A DNA stretch of 64,000 nucleotides from Candidatus Iainarchaeum sp. (GTDB lineage Archaea; Iainarchaeota; Iainarchaeia; Iainarchaeales; UBA10219), in assembly GCA_018304425.1 (NCBI GenBank), contig JAGVWE010000003.1, positions 32,001 through 96,000 on the forward strand, in the 5' to 3' direction. The notes below the pieces were generated by a model. The model was not told the origin of the DNA. It did not search any database and worked only from the letters and a program-made list of their open reading frames with translations. Positions 28,350 to 37,290 of the stretch are shown piece by piece. Position numbers and translations under genes: made by a program. How positions within the stretch are numbered: position 1 is the first letter of the stretch; every line of letters begins with the position of its first letter.

Positions 28350-28500
28350 AGGTTGAACATAGTATTGGTCGAGGTGGTTAAACACAAAAAGTTTAACTAA
28401 CTTAGTTCAATGGTTTGGAGGCAGGCTCACTCTGCTAATAGAGTAACATTGTTCTCATGGTCCAGTCCTCCAAACCATCCCATTTCTCCTGCTTCTTTCC
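28350..28500 (+). ncRNA. Candidate structured intergenic RNA/DNA element
   Basis: TTTTATAAAA at 28341. Hairpin GTTAAAC/GTTTAAC. 12-bp stem ATGGTTTGGAGG (28410-28421)/CCTCCAAACCAT (28467-28478) enclosing an ACTCT/AGAGT hairpin, followed by a pyrimidine tract. Confidence 0.35.
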
Positions 28501-28569
28501 CGTTGTTTCCGGGCCCCGCCTTGCGCGCTTTGCGGGTGGAAAGATTTTTTAATGCGAACAACGTAGTTA

Positions 28570-28734
28570 ATGGGTGAAACCGTGAGTGGAACCAGTAGTG
28601 CGGCCGCGATGTTCTTGATTGGCATGGTGGTGGGCAGGTTTTTGCCGGCGTTCCCCGAGCCCTTTGGGGTCGTGAACCAGTTCCTGCCCCTCCTCCTCAT
28701 CGCCTTGGCGCTCTTGCTCTTCGTCCGGGGCTGA
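28570..28734 (+). CDS. Small two-TM membrane protein (54 aa)
   Basis: Translated by hand: MGETVSGTSSAAAMFLIGMVVGRFLPAFPEPFGVVNQFLPLLLIALALLLFVRG. TTTTTTAA upstream. Confidence 0.6.
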   Translation: MGETVSGTSSAAAMFLIGMVVGRFLPAFPEPFGVVNQFLPLLLIALALLLFVRG

Positions 28735-28741
28735 AACAGGC

Positions 28742-29158
28742 TTACCAGCGGCGTTTTCGGGGCTTCTTGGCCTTGCCCGGCCGCTTCCGGGCGGGCTTTT
28801 TGCGGGCGACCCCTCGGCGCCCCGCCTTCCGGGGGCGGGAAACCGGGCCCGGCTTCAAGCCCAGCGCGCGGGCGGACAACAGGCGAGCCAACTCCACGCT
28901 TTGCTCGTGCAGCGAGGGCGGAATCAATCCAATGGCTTTGAAGACCCCGGCCTTCACCCGGTAATGGCGTTCGAGGAGGCTGCCGAGTTCTTCGATGGAG
29001 GCACTGGACGCCTCGCCTTCGACGGCCAAGACAAACGAGTGAATGGCGTGACCCAACTCGGTTAAACCCTTTTTCCGCGCCTCGGCACCCCGCGCGGCCT
29101 TGACCGCTTCGGCCTGGGCCAAGGCCTTCCGGTCAACGGCTTCCGCAAGCAAACCCAA
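28742..29158 (-). CDS. Hypothetical protein with basic C-terminal tail
   Basis: TTG start after GGAGG, TATTTAAATA at 29191-29200. Tail RPRKAGRRGVARKKPARKRPGKAKKPRKRRW. Confidence 0.6.
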   Translation of the reverse strand: MGLLAEAVDRKALAQAEAVKAARGAEARKKGLTELGHAIHSFVLAVEGEASSASIEELGSLLERHYRVKAGVFKAIGLIPPSLHEQSVELARLLSARALGLKPGPVSRPRKAGRRGVARKKPARKRPGKAKKPRKRRW

Positions 29159-29241
29159 CAAAACCCTCCAACCATTGAAGGCAATAAACGTATTTAAATA
29201 GATTCGCGTCCAAATTAACTCATTCAATCGGAGGTCATTCC

Positions 29242-29406
29242 ATGGGAAAAGAGCTTTCAAAGGAACTGCTGGAAGTCCTGGCCTGCCCGGCCTGCAAGGG
29301 AGACCTGGACTACCAGAAAGCAAAAGACCAACTGGTCTGCAAGAACAAGGCCTGCAAGCGCGCCTACAAAGTCGAAGACGGCATCCCGATCATGCTCGTG
29401 GAGTGA
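29242..29406 (+). CDS. Trm112-family methyltransferase activator
   Basis: Translated by hand: MGKELSKELLEVLACPACKGDL...C...C..AYKVEDGIPIML. GGAGGT SD. Confidence 0.9.
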   Translation: MGKELSKELLEVLACPACKGDLDYQKAKDQLVCKNKACKRAYKVEDGIPIMLVE

Positions 29407-30094
29407 CCTTCCTTGGACGTCGGGTGCGCTGGGAAGCCAAGGACCTGATTAAAGGAGCGGATTTCCGACCCGGGCTGTGCTTTTTTCTCGGTGCTTCAGG
29501 CGACAACACAAACCCTTCGGCCAATAAACTTTTCCGCAGCCGCTTACGGGCGCGCCACAAGCGCTGGTCAACTGCGTTTCTTTTCAGTCCGAGTACGGCT
29601 GCAATCTCTTCTGGTGTCTTATCGCCTTGAATGGACAACCGCAATACTGCCGCCTCCCTAGGGGGCAGCAAGCCAATCGCATTTTCAATTAAGGCAACGG
29701 CTTCACGGCTTTCCAGTGTATAATGGCGCGTTCTCCGCGCACGATAACGCTCTTCCGCATCTGCGGGAAGTTGGCGGAGCGGATGGCTACGTTGGGTACG
29801 CCATTCCAGTAAAAAAGTGTTCTTCACGCCGCGTGTCAAATATCCAATCAAGCCATCCTCCGTTTTGGCTACCAGTTTCCCTGTAACCCAATTCCATGCG
29901 ACCTCGGCTGCCCGCGCACGCATCAGTTCACGCAAATGACGTGTGGAGAGATTGCGATATTCAGGCAGCAGGTGTCTGTAAAGGATCCGCCCCATGGCAC
30001 TATCCCAACCCGGCCGCGTCCTGTCGAGCATGGCCAGTAAATCTTCTATCGCACGGTTGTCACTAGCCGTATACCCGTGAACTGGACCTGACAT
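29390..30094 (-). CDS. ECF sigma-70-like protein (region 2-like plus region 4)
   Basis: LPPREAAVLRL...KTPEEIAAVLGLKRNAVDQRLWRARKRLR (sigma70 r4_2 pattern) and upstream LIGYLTRGVKNTFLLEWR (region 2-like). Confidence 0.75.
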   Translation of the reverse strand: MSGPVHGYTASDNRAIEDLLAMLDRTRPGWDSAMGRILYRHLLPEYRNLSTRHLRELMRARAAEVAWNWVTGKLVAKTEDGLIGYLTRGVKNTFLLEWRTQRSHPLRQLPADAEERYRARRTRHYTLESREAVALIENAIGLLPPREAAVLRLSIQGDKTPEEIAAVLGLKRNAVDQRLWRARKRLRKSLLAEGFVLSPEAPRKKHSPGRKSAPLIRSLASQRTRRPRKVTPRA

Positions 30095-30147
30095 ACACCA
30101 GATACACACACGACCCCAAATAAAAAGGTTACCTTCCTTCCTCTGTC

Positions 30148-30627
30148 ATGGACCTCTTGTTCCACCTGCTCATCCCCTACACGCTTTTGCGGCTCCGGGG
30201 TTATGGCAACCGCTACCTGGTCCCGTTGGCGGTGCTGGCCGTCCTCCCCGACCTCGACCGGTTCGCGTGGCTGCGGCGAAGCTGGCACAGCCTCCTCCTG
30301 GGCCTTGCGCTGGTTGCCCTGGCCTGGTTCTTGGCGCGCAAGCGGGCGGACGGCAAACGCATCACTTTCATCAGCGGGTTCTACTTCTTCTCGCACCTCG
30401 CCCTCGACTTGGGCGGGGAAATGGCGTGGCTGTGGCCCCTGGACTCCAGCTACTACGTGGTCACGCCCTACGTGAAGCTCGTCAACCTCTGGCCGATTTT
30501 CGGCGTCGACTTCCAGGTGGTGCCAACCGTGGTCCAAGGCATTGGAACCGTGCTGAGCGCGGCTGGGTTTGGGGTGCTCGGGTTGCTACTGGGGTTGTGG
30601 ACTGTGAACAGCCTGCGACGAAAATAG
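30148..30627 (+). CDS. Membrane metal-dependent hydrolase (YdjM-like)
   Basis: N-terminal H, LPDLD, HSLL and SHLALD motifs with TM helices. Confidence 0.8.
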   Translation: MDLLFHLLIPYTLLRLRGYGNRYLVPLAVLAVLPDLDRFAWLRRSWHSLLLGLALVALAWFLARKRADGKRITFISGFYFFSHLALDLGGEMAWLWPLDSSYYVVTPYVKLVNLWPIFGVDFQVVPTVVQGIGTVLSAAGFGVLGLLLGLWTVNSLRRK

Positions 30628-30628
30628 T

Positions 30629-31003
30629 TTAGGCGCCTGGAATGAATTCGGCGAACGGCTTGCCGGAAAAGTGCTGGTCGCCGGTGAGCAGTTTCTTCTC
30701 GGCGCTGGCATAGGAATAAATGATGGCGTCCGCCAAGTGCAGGCCCTCAGCCTCGCACAAGTTGCCGGCCTCTATGGCCCGCTCGGCAGTAAGGGGCAGC
30801 ACGAGACTGTTCTGCATGACGTAATCAATGGCTTGATTCCGTTCAGCATCCGAAAATTTCCGTTTGACAAGGATTCTGGTGAGTTCACTTAGGACCAGGG
30901 TTGGCGTTTCGAGGTAGTTCCCTTCCAGCATGGACTTGAAGGGGGAGGCAGCATCCCCAAAATAGGATACCCAAGCATAGGTGTCAACGATATAGGTCTT
31001 CAT
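30629..31003 (-). CDS. vapC: VapC-like PIN domain toxin
   Basis: IVDTYAWV, SE, LHLADAII and LLTGDQHF motifs. Confidence 0.9.
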   Translation of the reverse strand: MKTYIVDTYAWVSYFGDAASPFKSMLEGNYLETPTLVLSELTRILVKRKFSDAERNQAIDYVMQNSLVLPLTAERAIEAGNLCEAEGLHLADAIIYSYASAEKKLLTGDQHFSGKPFAEFIPGA

Positions 31004-31193
31004 GAATTTCTTCCTCGACGATGTCCTTGGTCGAAATGCGCCCGGCTAAGAAACCGGCCAAGCTCTTTTTCTTCTTGAACAGGCCCTCAACCAGGATTTC
31101 GTTGGCTAATTTGGATAGGTTGTCGGGAGAACGTTGGCGGAGCTTGGCGAAGACCGCTTCATCCAACACCAAGGTGGTGCGCACTTTGGACAT
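30984..31193 (-). CDS. Putative VapB antitoxin (RHH-like)
   Basis: MSKVRTTLVLDE..LR..NLSKLANEIL with an acidic C-terminus; overlaps the vapC start. Confidence 0.75.
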   Translation of the reverse strand: MSKVRTTLVLDEAVFAKLRQRSPDNLSKLANEILVEGLFKKKKSLAGFLAGRISTKDIVEEEIHEDLYR

Positions 31194-31290
31194 AGTACCA
31201 GCATATAGCATACAGCATACCTTTTATTTAAGCTTAATTGCTATAAGCTAGGCACCAAAAGCAATATAAAATAATTCGTTGATTGACGAA

Positions 31291-32991
31291 TTATTGTAGA
31301 CACGCCTTCACGAACCCCAAAAACAGGGGGTTGGGCTTCAGGGGCCGGGACGTGAACTCGGGGTGGAACTGCGTGCCCACGAAGAACTTGTGCACGGGCA
31401 ACTCCATGATTTGCATGATGCGCTTCTGGGGCGCGCGGCCGGAGAACACCAGGCCCTTGGCGGTCAACTGGTCGATGTACTGGGTGTTGACGTTGAAGCG
31501 GTGGCGGAAGCGTTCCCGGATTTTCGCGGCGCCATACAGCTTGTAGGCCAGCGTGCCTTTTTCCACGAGGACGTCGTAGCCGCCCAGCCGCATGGTGCCT
31601 CCAAGGCCTTCAATATCTTCCTGCTCGGGGAGGATGCAGATGACGGGATGCGGGGTCCTCGGGTTCACCTCCGTGGTGTTTGCGTCCTTCAAGCCACAGG
31701 CATTGCGCGCGAACTCAATCGTTGCCAACTGCATGCCATAGCAGAGGCCGAGATAGGGGATGCCGTGGGTGCGCGCGTAGCCGATGCAGGAAATCTTTCC
31801 CTCCACGCCGCGCGAGCCGAAGCCGCCGGGGACGATGAGGCCGTCAACGCCGGCCATGGCTTCTTCAACGGAACGCTTGCCCTTCTCGAGGTCGGTTGTT
31901 TCAATCCACTTCACGTTGACCTTGGACTGGGTCACGGCCGCGCAGTGTTCGAGCGCTTTCAGGATGCTGATATAAGAGTCGAAGAGACCGGTGTACTTTC
32001 CGGCGATGCCCACGGTCACGGCTTTCACGGGCTTTTCGACGACGTTGGCCTTGGTCCACTGCTCGAGGGCTTTCTGCTGGCCGTCAAGCTTGAACTTCTG
32101 GTCCCAGCCGAAGTGGACCAGGATGGCGGTGTCGACTCCCAGGTTGCGGAGGAACAGGGGCAGGCTGTAAATGTTGTCCACGTTGTGCATGCCGAACACG
32201 CGGTTCATGGGCACGTTGCAGTTGAGGCTTATTTTCTCGGTCACCTTCTGGGTGATGGGGTGCTCGGAGCGGCAGATGACCACGTCGGGTTGAAGGCCCA
32301 GCTCCAGCATTTTCTTGATGCCGAGCTGTGCGGCCTTGGTCTTGAACTCGCCGACCGAACTGGGTTCCAGGATGTAGGTGAGGTTGACCAGGCAAACGTT
32401 TTCCGCGCCCTCCTCATAGCGGAGCTGCCGCATGGCCTCCATGATGTGGAGGTTCTCGTAGTCTCCCACCGTGCCGCCGACCTCGATGAGGAGCATGTCC
32501 GCCTTAGACTTCACGGCGAGGTTGCGGAGGACGTTTTTGACTTCGCCGGTCACGTGGGGGACGAACTGCACGTCCCTTCCAAGATATTTTCCTTCGCGTT
32601 CCTTTTGGATGATGGACTGGTAGATGCGGCCGGATGTTACGAAGCTGTCCTTGTTGACGGTCAAGTCGAGGAACCGCTCGTAGCTGCCCAGGTCCATGTC
32701 GGTTTCCGTGCCGTCGTCCAAGACGAAGACTTCGCCGTGCCGGTAGGGGTTGAGGGTTCCCGCGTCCACGTTGAGGTAGGCCTCCATCTTGATGGGCACG
32801 ACCCTGAGCTTGCGGTTGATGAGGCACTTGCCGAGCGCCGAGGTAAACGTTCCCTTGCCGATGCCGGAGATGACCGAACCCGTTACAACCAGGTACTTGG
32901 TCTTGCCGGGCTTGTAGCCATCCGGGATGACGGAATAGAATTCCTCCGAGGAATGGGAGGCAATCTCGTCAAACACTTTCCTGGTATCCAA
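31291..32991 (-). CDS. pyrG: CTP synthase
   Basis: VTGSVISGIGKG, YLNVDAGT, HGEVFV, PGGFG, GLCYGMQ, RHRF and QFHPEF motifs. Confidence 0.98.
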   Translation of the reverse strand: MDTRKVFDEIASHSSEEFYSVIPDGYKPGKTKYLVVTGSVISGIGKGTFTSALGKCLINRKLRVVPIKMEAYLNVDAGTLNPYRHGEVFVLDDGTETDMDLGSYERFLDLTVNKDSFVTSGRIYQSIIQKEREGKYLGRDVQFVPHVTGEVKNVLRNLAVKSKADMLLIEVGGTVGDYENLHIMEAMRQLRYEEGAENVCLVNLTYILEPSSVGEFKTKAAQLGIKKMLELGLQPDVVICRSEHPITQKVTEKISLNCNVPMNRVFGMHNVDNIYSLPLFLRNLGVDTAILVHFGWDQKFKLDGQQKALEQWTKANVVEKPVKAVTVGIAGKYTGLFDSYISILKALEHCAAVTQSKVNVKWIETTDLEKGKRSVEEAMAGVDGLIVPGGFGSRGVEGKISCIGYARTHGIPYLGLCYGMQLATIEFARNACGLKDANTTEVNPRTPHPVICILPEQEDIEGLGGTMRLGGYDVLVEKGTLAYKLYGAAKIRERFRHRFNVNTQYIDQLTAKGLVFSGRAPQKRIMQIMELPVHKFFVGTQFHPEFTSRPLKPNPLFLGFVKACLQ

Positions 32992-33175
32992 TCAAACCCC
33001 TACTTGAGATTATTTAACAAAAACAGACTAATTTATTGGCGCAACGGTTATTTAAACCTTTTTACAAACCCCGTTTGCGAAAAAAAGGCGAGAAAAGGCC
33101 CTAATTTGGGAAAAGCGTTCCACTGAAAAAACGATTTTACTTCGACTTTTTCCCATAATAGATGACGCGATTAGA

Positions 33176-33185
33176 GTTTAAATAC
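33176..33185 (+). promoter_or_regulatory. TATA box for the stable-RNA transcript
   Basis: GTTTAAATAC about 25 nt upstream of the structured RNA start. Confidence 0.6.
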
Positions 33186-33209
33186 CTAACGGGCGCCAAT
33201 CCTCTTTCC

Positions 33210-33326
33210 ACGACAGACGGCGACTATTGAAGGACTACCGCCCCATCGAACCCTGCGGGTGAGATGGGGCACGTCCGCGATGTCAACCCCCATGGGGGCC
33301 TAATCGGCTGGCGCCTCGTCAGTTGT
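33210..33326 (+). rRNA. Structured ~118-nt RNA, candidate divergent 5S rRNA
   Basis: Ends pair (ACGACAGACGGCG with CGCCTCGTCAGTTGT). Two internal arms form a three-way junction. CCCATCGAAC resembles 5S loop C (CCCAUnCCGAAC). Directly abuts the tRNA. Confidence 0.45.
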
Positions 33327-33399
33327 GGGGGTGTAGTCTAGCCTGGCAGGATTCGAGGTTCGGGACCTCGCGGCAGGAGTTCAAATCTCCTCACCCCCA
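33327..33399 (+). tRNA. tRNA-Pro (anticodon CGG), no intron, CCA not encoded
   Basis: Acceptor GGGGGTG/CACCCCC-A, anticodon arm CGAGG-TTCGGGA-CCTCG, T arm AGGAG-TTCAAAT-CTCCT. Confidence 0.96.
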
Positions 33400-33406
33400 T
33401 TTTTTT
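33400..33406 (+). terminator. Oligo-T archaeal terminator
   Basis: T7 run immediately after the tRNA. Confidence 0.55.
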
Positions 33407-34184
33407 ATTGCAGGTCACGGATTTTCCCGAAGTAGTACGGCTGGTCCTCGATGACCCACACCTTGAAGTCGCCCAGCGGCTGTTTGAGGAACGGCGAAAT
33501 CACTTTTTCCTTCAAGATGTTGGTGCCGATGGTGACCGCGTTGTGCGACGGGATGACGATGAGCTCTTTGCCCTTGAATTTCCCGTGCAGGAAGCACTTG
33601 AACAACTCGGCTTTCACGCCCTCGCGGATGGAAATCGCTGGATGCTCGTTGCCGATGACGATTACTTTCGCTTTCCGGAATTCCTCGTTGTCGGGGACGA
33701 AAGCACCATGCGTGACATAGGTGCTGGTGGCAGGCAGGAAGAGGCCTTCCTCCAATACCTTCAAGCCCTTGAACCGGGCGATGGGGCCGAGAATCGTGTC
33801 ATGGTTGCCCTTGACGAGCACGATTTCCCGGCAGTGCTGCTGCAGGAAGTCCAGCATGCCCAAAACCTCCTTCCACTCCTGCTCGGAGATGCCGCCGAAC
33901 TCGTGCTTCAGGTCGCCATTGACGACAATCCGCTCGATTCCCTTGCCCTCGGCGGCAAGCGCCAGGAAGGCGAGGCCCAGCCGGCCGACGATGTCATGGA
34001 AGTTGAAGCGCGGAATCAGCACCCCCTCCCGGTTCAGCATCTCCTCATACCCGAGGTGCAAATCGGAGACGACGAAGGCCTTCTCCCGGACGAGGTAGAG
34101 GCCCAACCCGTAAATCTCGCAGCCGGGCAACACCTCTTTTTGGGACATGCGACCCGATTCCTTCTTCGCCGCTTTTTTCGCCAT
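33405..34184 (-). CDS. Metallophosphoesterase (Lhr-associated, SbcD/Mre11-like fold)
   Basis: SDLHLG, NGDLKH, KGNHD, THG and EHP motifs. Confidence 0.9.
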   Translation of the reverse strand: MAKKAAKKESGRMSQKEVLPGCEIYGLGLYLVREKAFVVSDLHLGYEEMLNREGVLIPRFNFHDIVGRLGLAFLALAAEGKGIERIVVNGDLKHEFGGISEQEWKEVLGMLDFLQQHCREIVLVKGNHDTILGPIARFKGLKVLEEGLFLPATSTYVTHGAFVPDNEEFRKAKVIVIGNEHPAISIREGVKAELFKCFLHGKFKGKELIVIPSHNAVTIGTNILKEKVISPFLKQPLGDFKVWVIEDQPYYFGKIRDLQ

Positions 34185-34186
34185 GG

Positions 34187-36793
34187 CTACACGACCTTCT
34201 GCTTCTCCGCGATGCGCTGCATGACGCGCTCGTGAATCCGGCGGATGAACGCCAGCCTATCCTCCATCTTCATGACATCCCCGTAGCCCTGCAGCAACAA
34301 GTTGAAGGCAAAAGGCGAGGGCAGGGGCGTCGCGATTTTCCGCACCTTCACCTGCCCGCTTTCCAGCCACTGGACTACTTTTGCCGCGGAATCGATGTCC
34401 ATGAGGTCCTCCAAGACTTCCCGCCTGGCCTCGCGGAGGATGCAGAAGTCGCGGGAAATGCGCCGGACCGCGCTGATGAGCAGCCTCGAACTCATCTGCT
34501 GCCGGCCCGCGCTCTTGGTCTTTCCGCGGTAGCTGCGCAGAATCATCAGGGCGCGCGTGGCGCAATGCCTAAACCTCCGGCTCAGCACTTCCGTGCGGTC
34601 CAGGGCCATTTCCAGGAGCATGCGCAGGTCCGGGCTCTTGACTATCCGTAAGGCGGTGTCAATGGGCAGCTTCCCCTCCGAGGTAATCACGAAGCCGTTG
34701 TCGCCCATGCTCAACTCCACGTCCTTGTGCGTGAGCCGGGAGAGGGCATAGGCATATGCTTTGCTCAGGGCGTCGTTCGTCCTCCTCCCGAACAGGGAGT
34801 GGAAAATCAAATGAGTCAACTCGCCCTCGCAGTAGGCTTCAATCACCAGTTTCTTGTCGTGGGGGATTTCCGCGAACAAGAACTGCTCGTGGAAGTACTC
34901 GTAGATGGCGTTCGCGGAATTCTCGTCCACGTACAGGTATTCGTGCAGCCACTCGATGACCTCCGTCTTGGGCTTCCGGTAGACAAACTTTTCCTCCATG
35001 AGGCGCCGGAACCGCTGGATTTCCAGGGCCAGGTCGAAGGACAAGGGCAGCATCTCGCTCGCCCAGCTGGGAACCGTGGGAGGCCTTTTCTCGGCCGACC
35101 GCACCTGGATGGTCATGCCCCGGGAAAAGTTGAAGACATAGCTTTCCCCGCCCAAGACGAAGACGTCGTTCTTTTTGAGGCGCTCCAAGAACATTTCGTC
35201 GATGGTGCCGATGGTCTGCTCGCCGAGCTTGACCTTTATTTTGGCCTCGTCCGGGATGGTGCCGACATTGGTCATGTAAATGATGCGCGCCATCTTGCCG
35301 CGCTTGCCAATCCACCCCGTTTCCCGGTCAAACCATATCTTGGCGTAGACATAGCGCAGCTCCAGGGAAGTGTACTCCCCGGCCAGATAGTCTATGACCT
35401 CGAAGAAATCGGTTCGCTTGAGGGAATGATAGGGAAAGGCACGCGTGACCAACCGGAACAGGTCCTCGACCTGGATCTTGTCCTCAATGGCTATTCCGAA
35501 AATGTGCTGGGCCAGCACATCCAGGCAGTTCAGGGGCACCTGGATCTTGTCAATCTTTTTCTCGAGCGCGTTCTTCAACAGGACCGCGCATTCCACGAGG
35601 TCATCGCGGTCGAGGACAATGATTCGGCCTTTCACCTGGTCATGGAGCTTGTGCCCGGACCGGCCCATGCGCTGGATGGCCCGCGCCACGCTCTTCGGGC
35701 TGCCCAGGAGGATTACCAGGTCGATGAAGCCGATGTCGATGCCCAGTTCGAGACTCGTGCTGCACACCACGCACTTGAGCTTGCCTTGCTTGAGCCGGTT
35801 CTCGATGTTCAGCCGGTGCTCGCGGCTCAGGCTGCTGTGGTGCGCGCCAATGTTCCCGGACAAATACTTTTTGGGGAACTTTTCCTTCAGGTGGTGCACG
35901 ACCCGCTCCGTGGCCGAACGCGTGTTGGTGAACACCAGGGTGGTCTGGTGGCCCTGGATAAGCTTGTCCAGGGTGTCGTAGAGGGCGCGATGCACCTGTT
36001 CCGGCGTAACGTCAATGAAGTTGGGCAACGGAGAGAGGACTTTCAAGTCCATTTTCTTGAGGAACGAGACATCCACGATTTTGCAGGGGCGTTGGACGCG
36101 CTCGCTTTCGTAGCCCACCAGGTACTCGGCGACCAGCTCCAGCGGGGCCACGGTGGCACTCAAGCCGATGCGCGTCATTTCCGGGGCCAGCCGCTGCAGG
36201 CGCTCCAGGCTCAGGGCCAGGTGCACGCCGCGCTTGTTGCTGGCCAGGGCATGGATTTCGTCGACAATGCACCATTTGACTCCCCGGAGGTTTTCCCGGA
36301 ACTTGGGCGCGTTCAAGAGGATGGCAATGGTTTCAGGCGTGGTGATCAGAATGTGGGGCGGTTTGCGCAGCATTTTTGCGCGCTCGGAAGTGGTCGTGTC
36401 GCCGGTTCTAACCGCCACGCGGATGCCCAGTTTCCGTTCCTTCTTCCCTTGAACGGCGGCAATCTCTTCCAGGGGCTCCAGGAGGTTGCGCTGGATGTCG
36501 TTGTTCAGCGCGCGCAGCGGCGAGACGTAAACGCAGTAGACCTTGTCCTCGAGCTGGTTGCCCTGGGAGAGGTTCAACAGCTCGGAGATGACCGCGGTGA
36601 ACGCGGAAAGGGTCTTGCCGGTGCCGGTCTCCGCGCTGACCAGGGTGTTCAACCGGGCATGGATGTTGAGAATGGAATAGCGCTGGGGCTCGGTGAAGCT
36701 GCCGAACTTCTGCCTGAACCACGCCGAAAGCAAGGGGTTCAGGTTGCGGTGGATTTCTTCGTCCGAGTACTTCTCGGTCTGGCGTTCAATCAT
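34187..36793 (-). CDS. lhr: Lhr-family (Lhr-core) ATP-dependent helicase
   Basis: AETGTGKT, SPLRALNND, TTPE, DEIH, KRG, LSAT, HHSSLS, SLELGIDIG, QRMGRSGH and PSPF motifs. Confidence 0.95.
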   Translation of the reverse strand: MIERQTEKYSDEEIHRNLNPLLSAWFRQKFGSFTEPQRYSILNIHARLNTLVSAETGTGKTLSAFTAVISELLNLSQGNQLEDKVYCVYVSPLRALNNDIQRNLLEPLEEIAAVQGKKERKLGIRVAVRTGDTTTSERAKMLRKPPHILITTPETIAILLNAPKFRENLRGVKWCIVDEIHALASNKRGVHLALSLERLQRLAPEMTRIGLSATVAPLELVAEYLVGYESERVQRPCKIVDVSFLKKMDLKVLSPLPNFIDVTPEQVHRALYDTLDKLIQGHQTTLVFTNTRSATERVVHHLKEKFPKKYLSGNIGAHHSSLSREHRLNIENRLKQGKLKCVVCSTSLELGIDIGFIDLVILLGSPKSVARAIQRMGRSGHKLHDQVKGRIIVLDRDDLVECAVLLKNALEKKIDKIQVPLNCLDVLAQHIFGIAIEDKIQVEDLFRLVTRAFPYHSLKRTDFFEVIDYLAGEYTSLELRYVYAKIWFDRETGWIGKRGKMARIIYMTNVGTIPDEAKIKVKLGEQTIGTIDEMFLERLKKNDVFVLGGESYVFNFSRGMTIQVRSAEKRPPTVPSWASEMLPLSFDLALEIQRFRRLMEEKFVYRKPKTEVIEWLHEYLYVDENSANAIYEYFHEQFLFAEIPHDKKLVIEAYCEGELTHLIFHSLFGRRTNDALSKAYAYALSRLTHKDVELSMGDNGFVITSEGKLPIDTALRIVKSPDLRMLLEMALDRTEVLSRRFRHCATRALMILRSYRGKTKSAGRQQMSSRLLISAVRRISRDFCILREARREVLEDLMDIDSAAKVVQWLESGQVKVRKIATPLPSPFAFNLLLQGYGDVMKMEDRLAFIRRIHERVMQRIAEKQKVV

Positions 36794-36866
36794 GGCGGGC
36801 CCCAGGAAAAGAGTCGAGCAAGGAATTGCGTCGGAATAGGAATAAAATACCTTGGCTCCCCCACTT

Positions 36867-37238
36867 ATGCAAATGAAAGCGCCTTCCTTGCTTGCCCTGC
36901 TCCTGCTGACCCTGGTTTTGATTGGGTTGTCCGGCTGCCTTGCATCCGGGCCGCAAAAGTTGGACAAGGAAAAGCTGCCGCCCCTGCCCAACAACAAAAC
37001 CGATTGCGAGGCAACGGGCGGAAGCTGGGGGCTGTTCTCCGGGGGCCCGGAGGAATCCTGTTTCCTGCGTACGACGGACGCCGGCAGGCCGTGCACGAAC
37101 TCCGACCAGTGCGAGGGCGCGTGCGAAGCGGACCAGGAAGGCGCAACGACCGGCGCATGCACCAAGAGGAGGCCCGTGATGGGCGGCTGCCACGCTTTCG
37201 TGGAAAACGGCCCGGCTCGCACGGTATGCATTAATTGA
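36867..37238 (+). CDS. Small Cys-rich lipoprotein
   Basis: Lipobox LSGC followed by C...GG.W..C..T.DAG..C..S.QCEG.C. Confidence 0.8.
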   Translation: MQMKAPSLLALLLLTLVLIGLSGCLASGPQKLDKEKLPPLPNNKTDCEATGGSWGLFSGGPEESCFLRTTDAGRPCTNSDQCEGACEADQEGATTGACTKRRPVMGGCHAFVENGPARTVCIN

Positions 37239-37290
37239 AGGCCCACGCACACCGCTTTTAAACCCTTTACAACCCCATTCCTTGGATTGC

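Noticed and set aside
28455-28700. 81-aa minus-strand ORF
   Set aside because: Overlaps the more credible plus-strand membrane microprotein and the stem-loop region; no coding signal.
30629-31193. VapBC pair as a novel defence system
   Set aside because: An ordinary type II toxin-antitoxin module.
33327-33399. tRNA as an integration site for a mobile element
   Set aside because: No integrase and no duplicated tRNA 3' end were seen in the window.
33405-36793. Lhr plus metallophosphoesterase as a new system
   Set aside because: This gene pairing is already described in archaea and bacteria.
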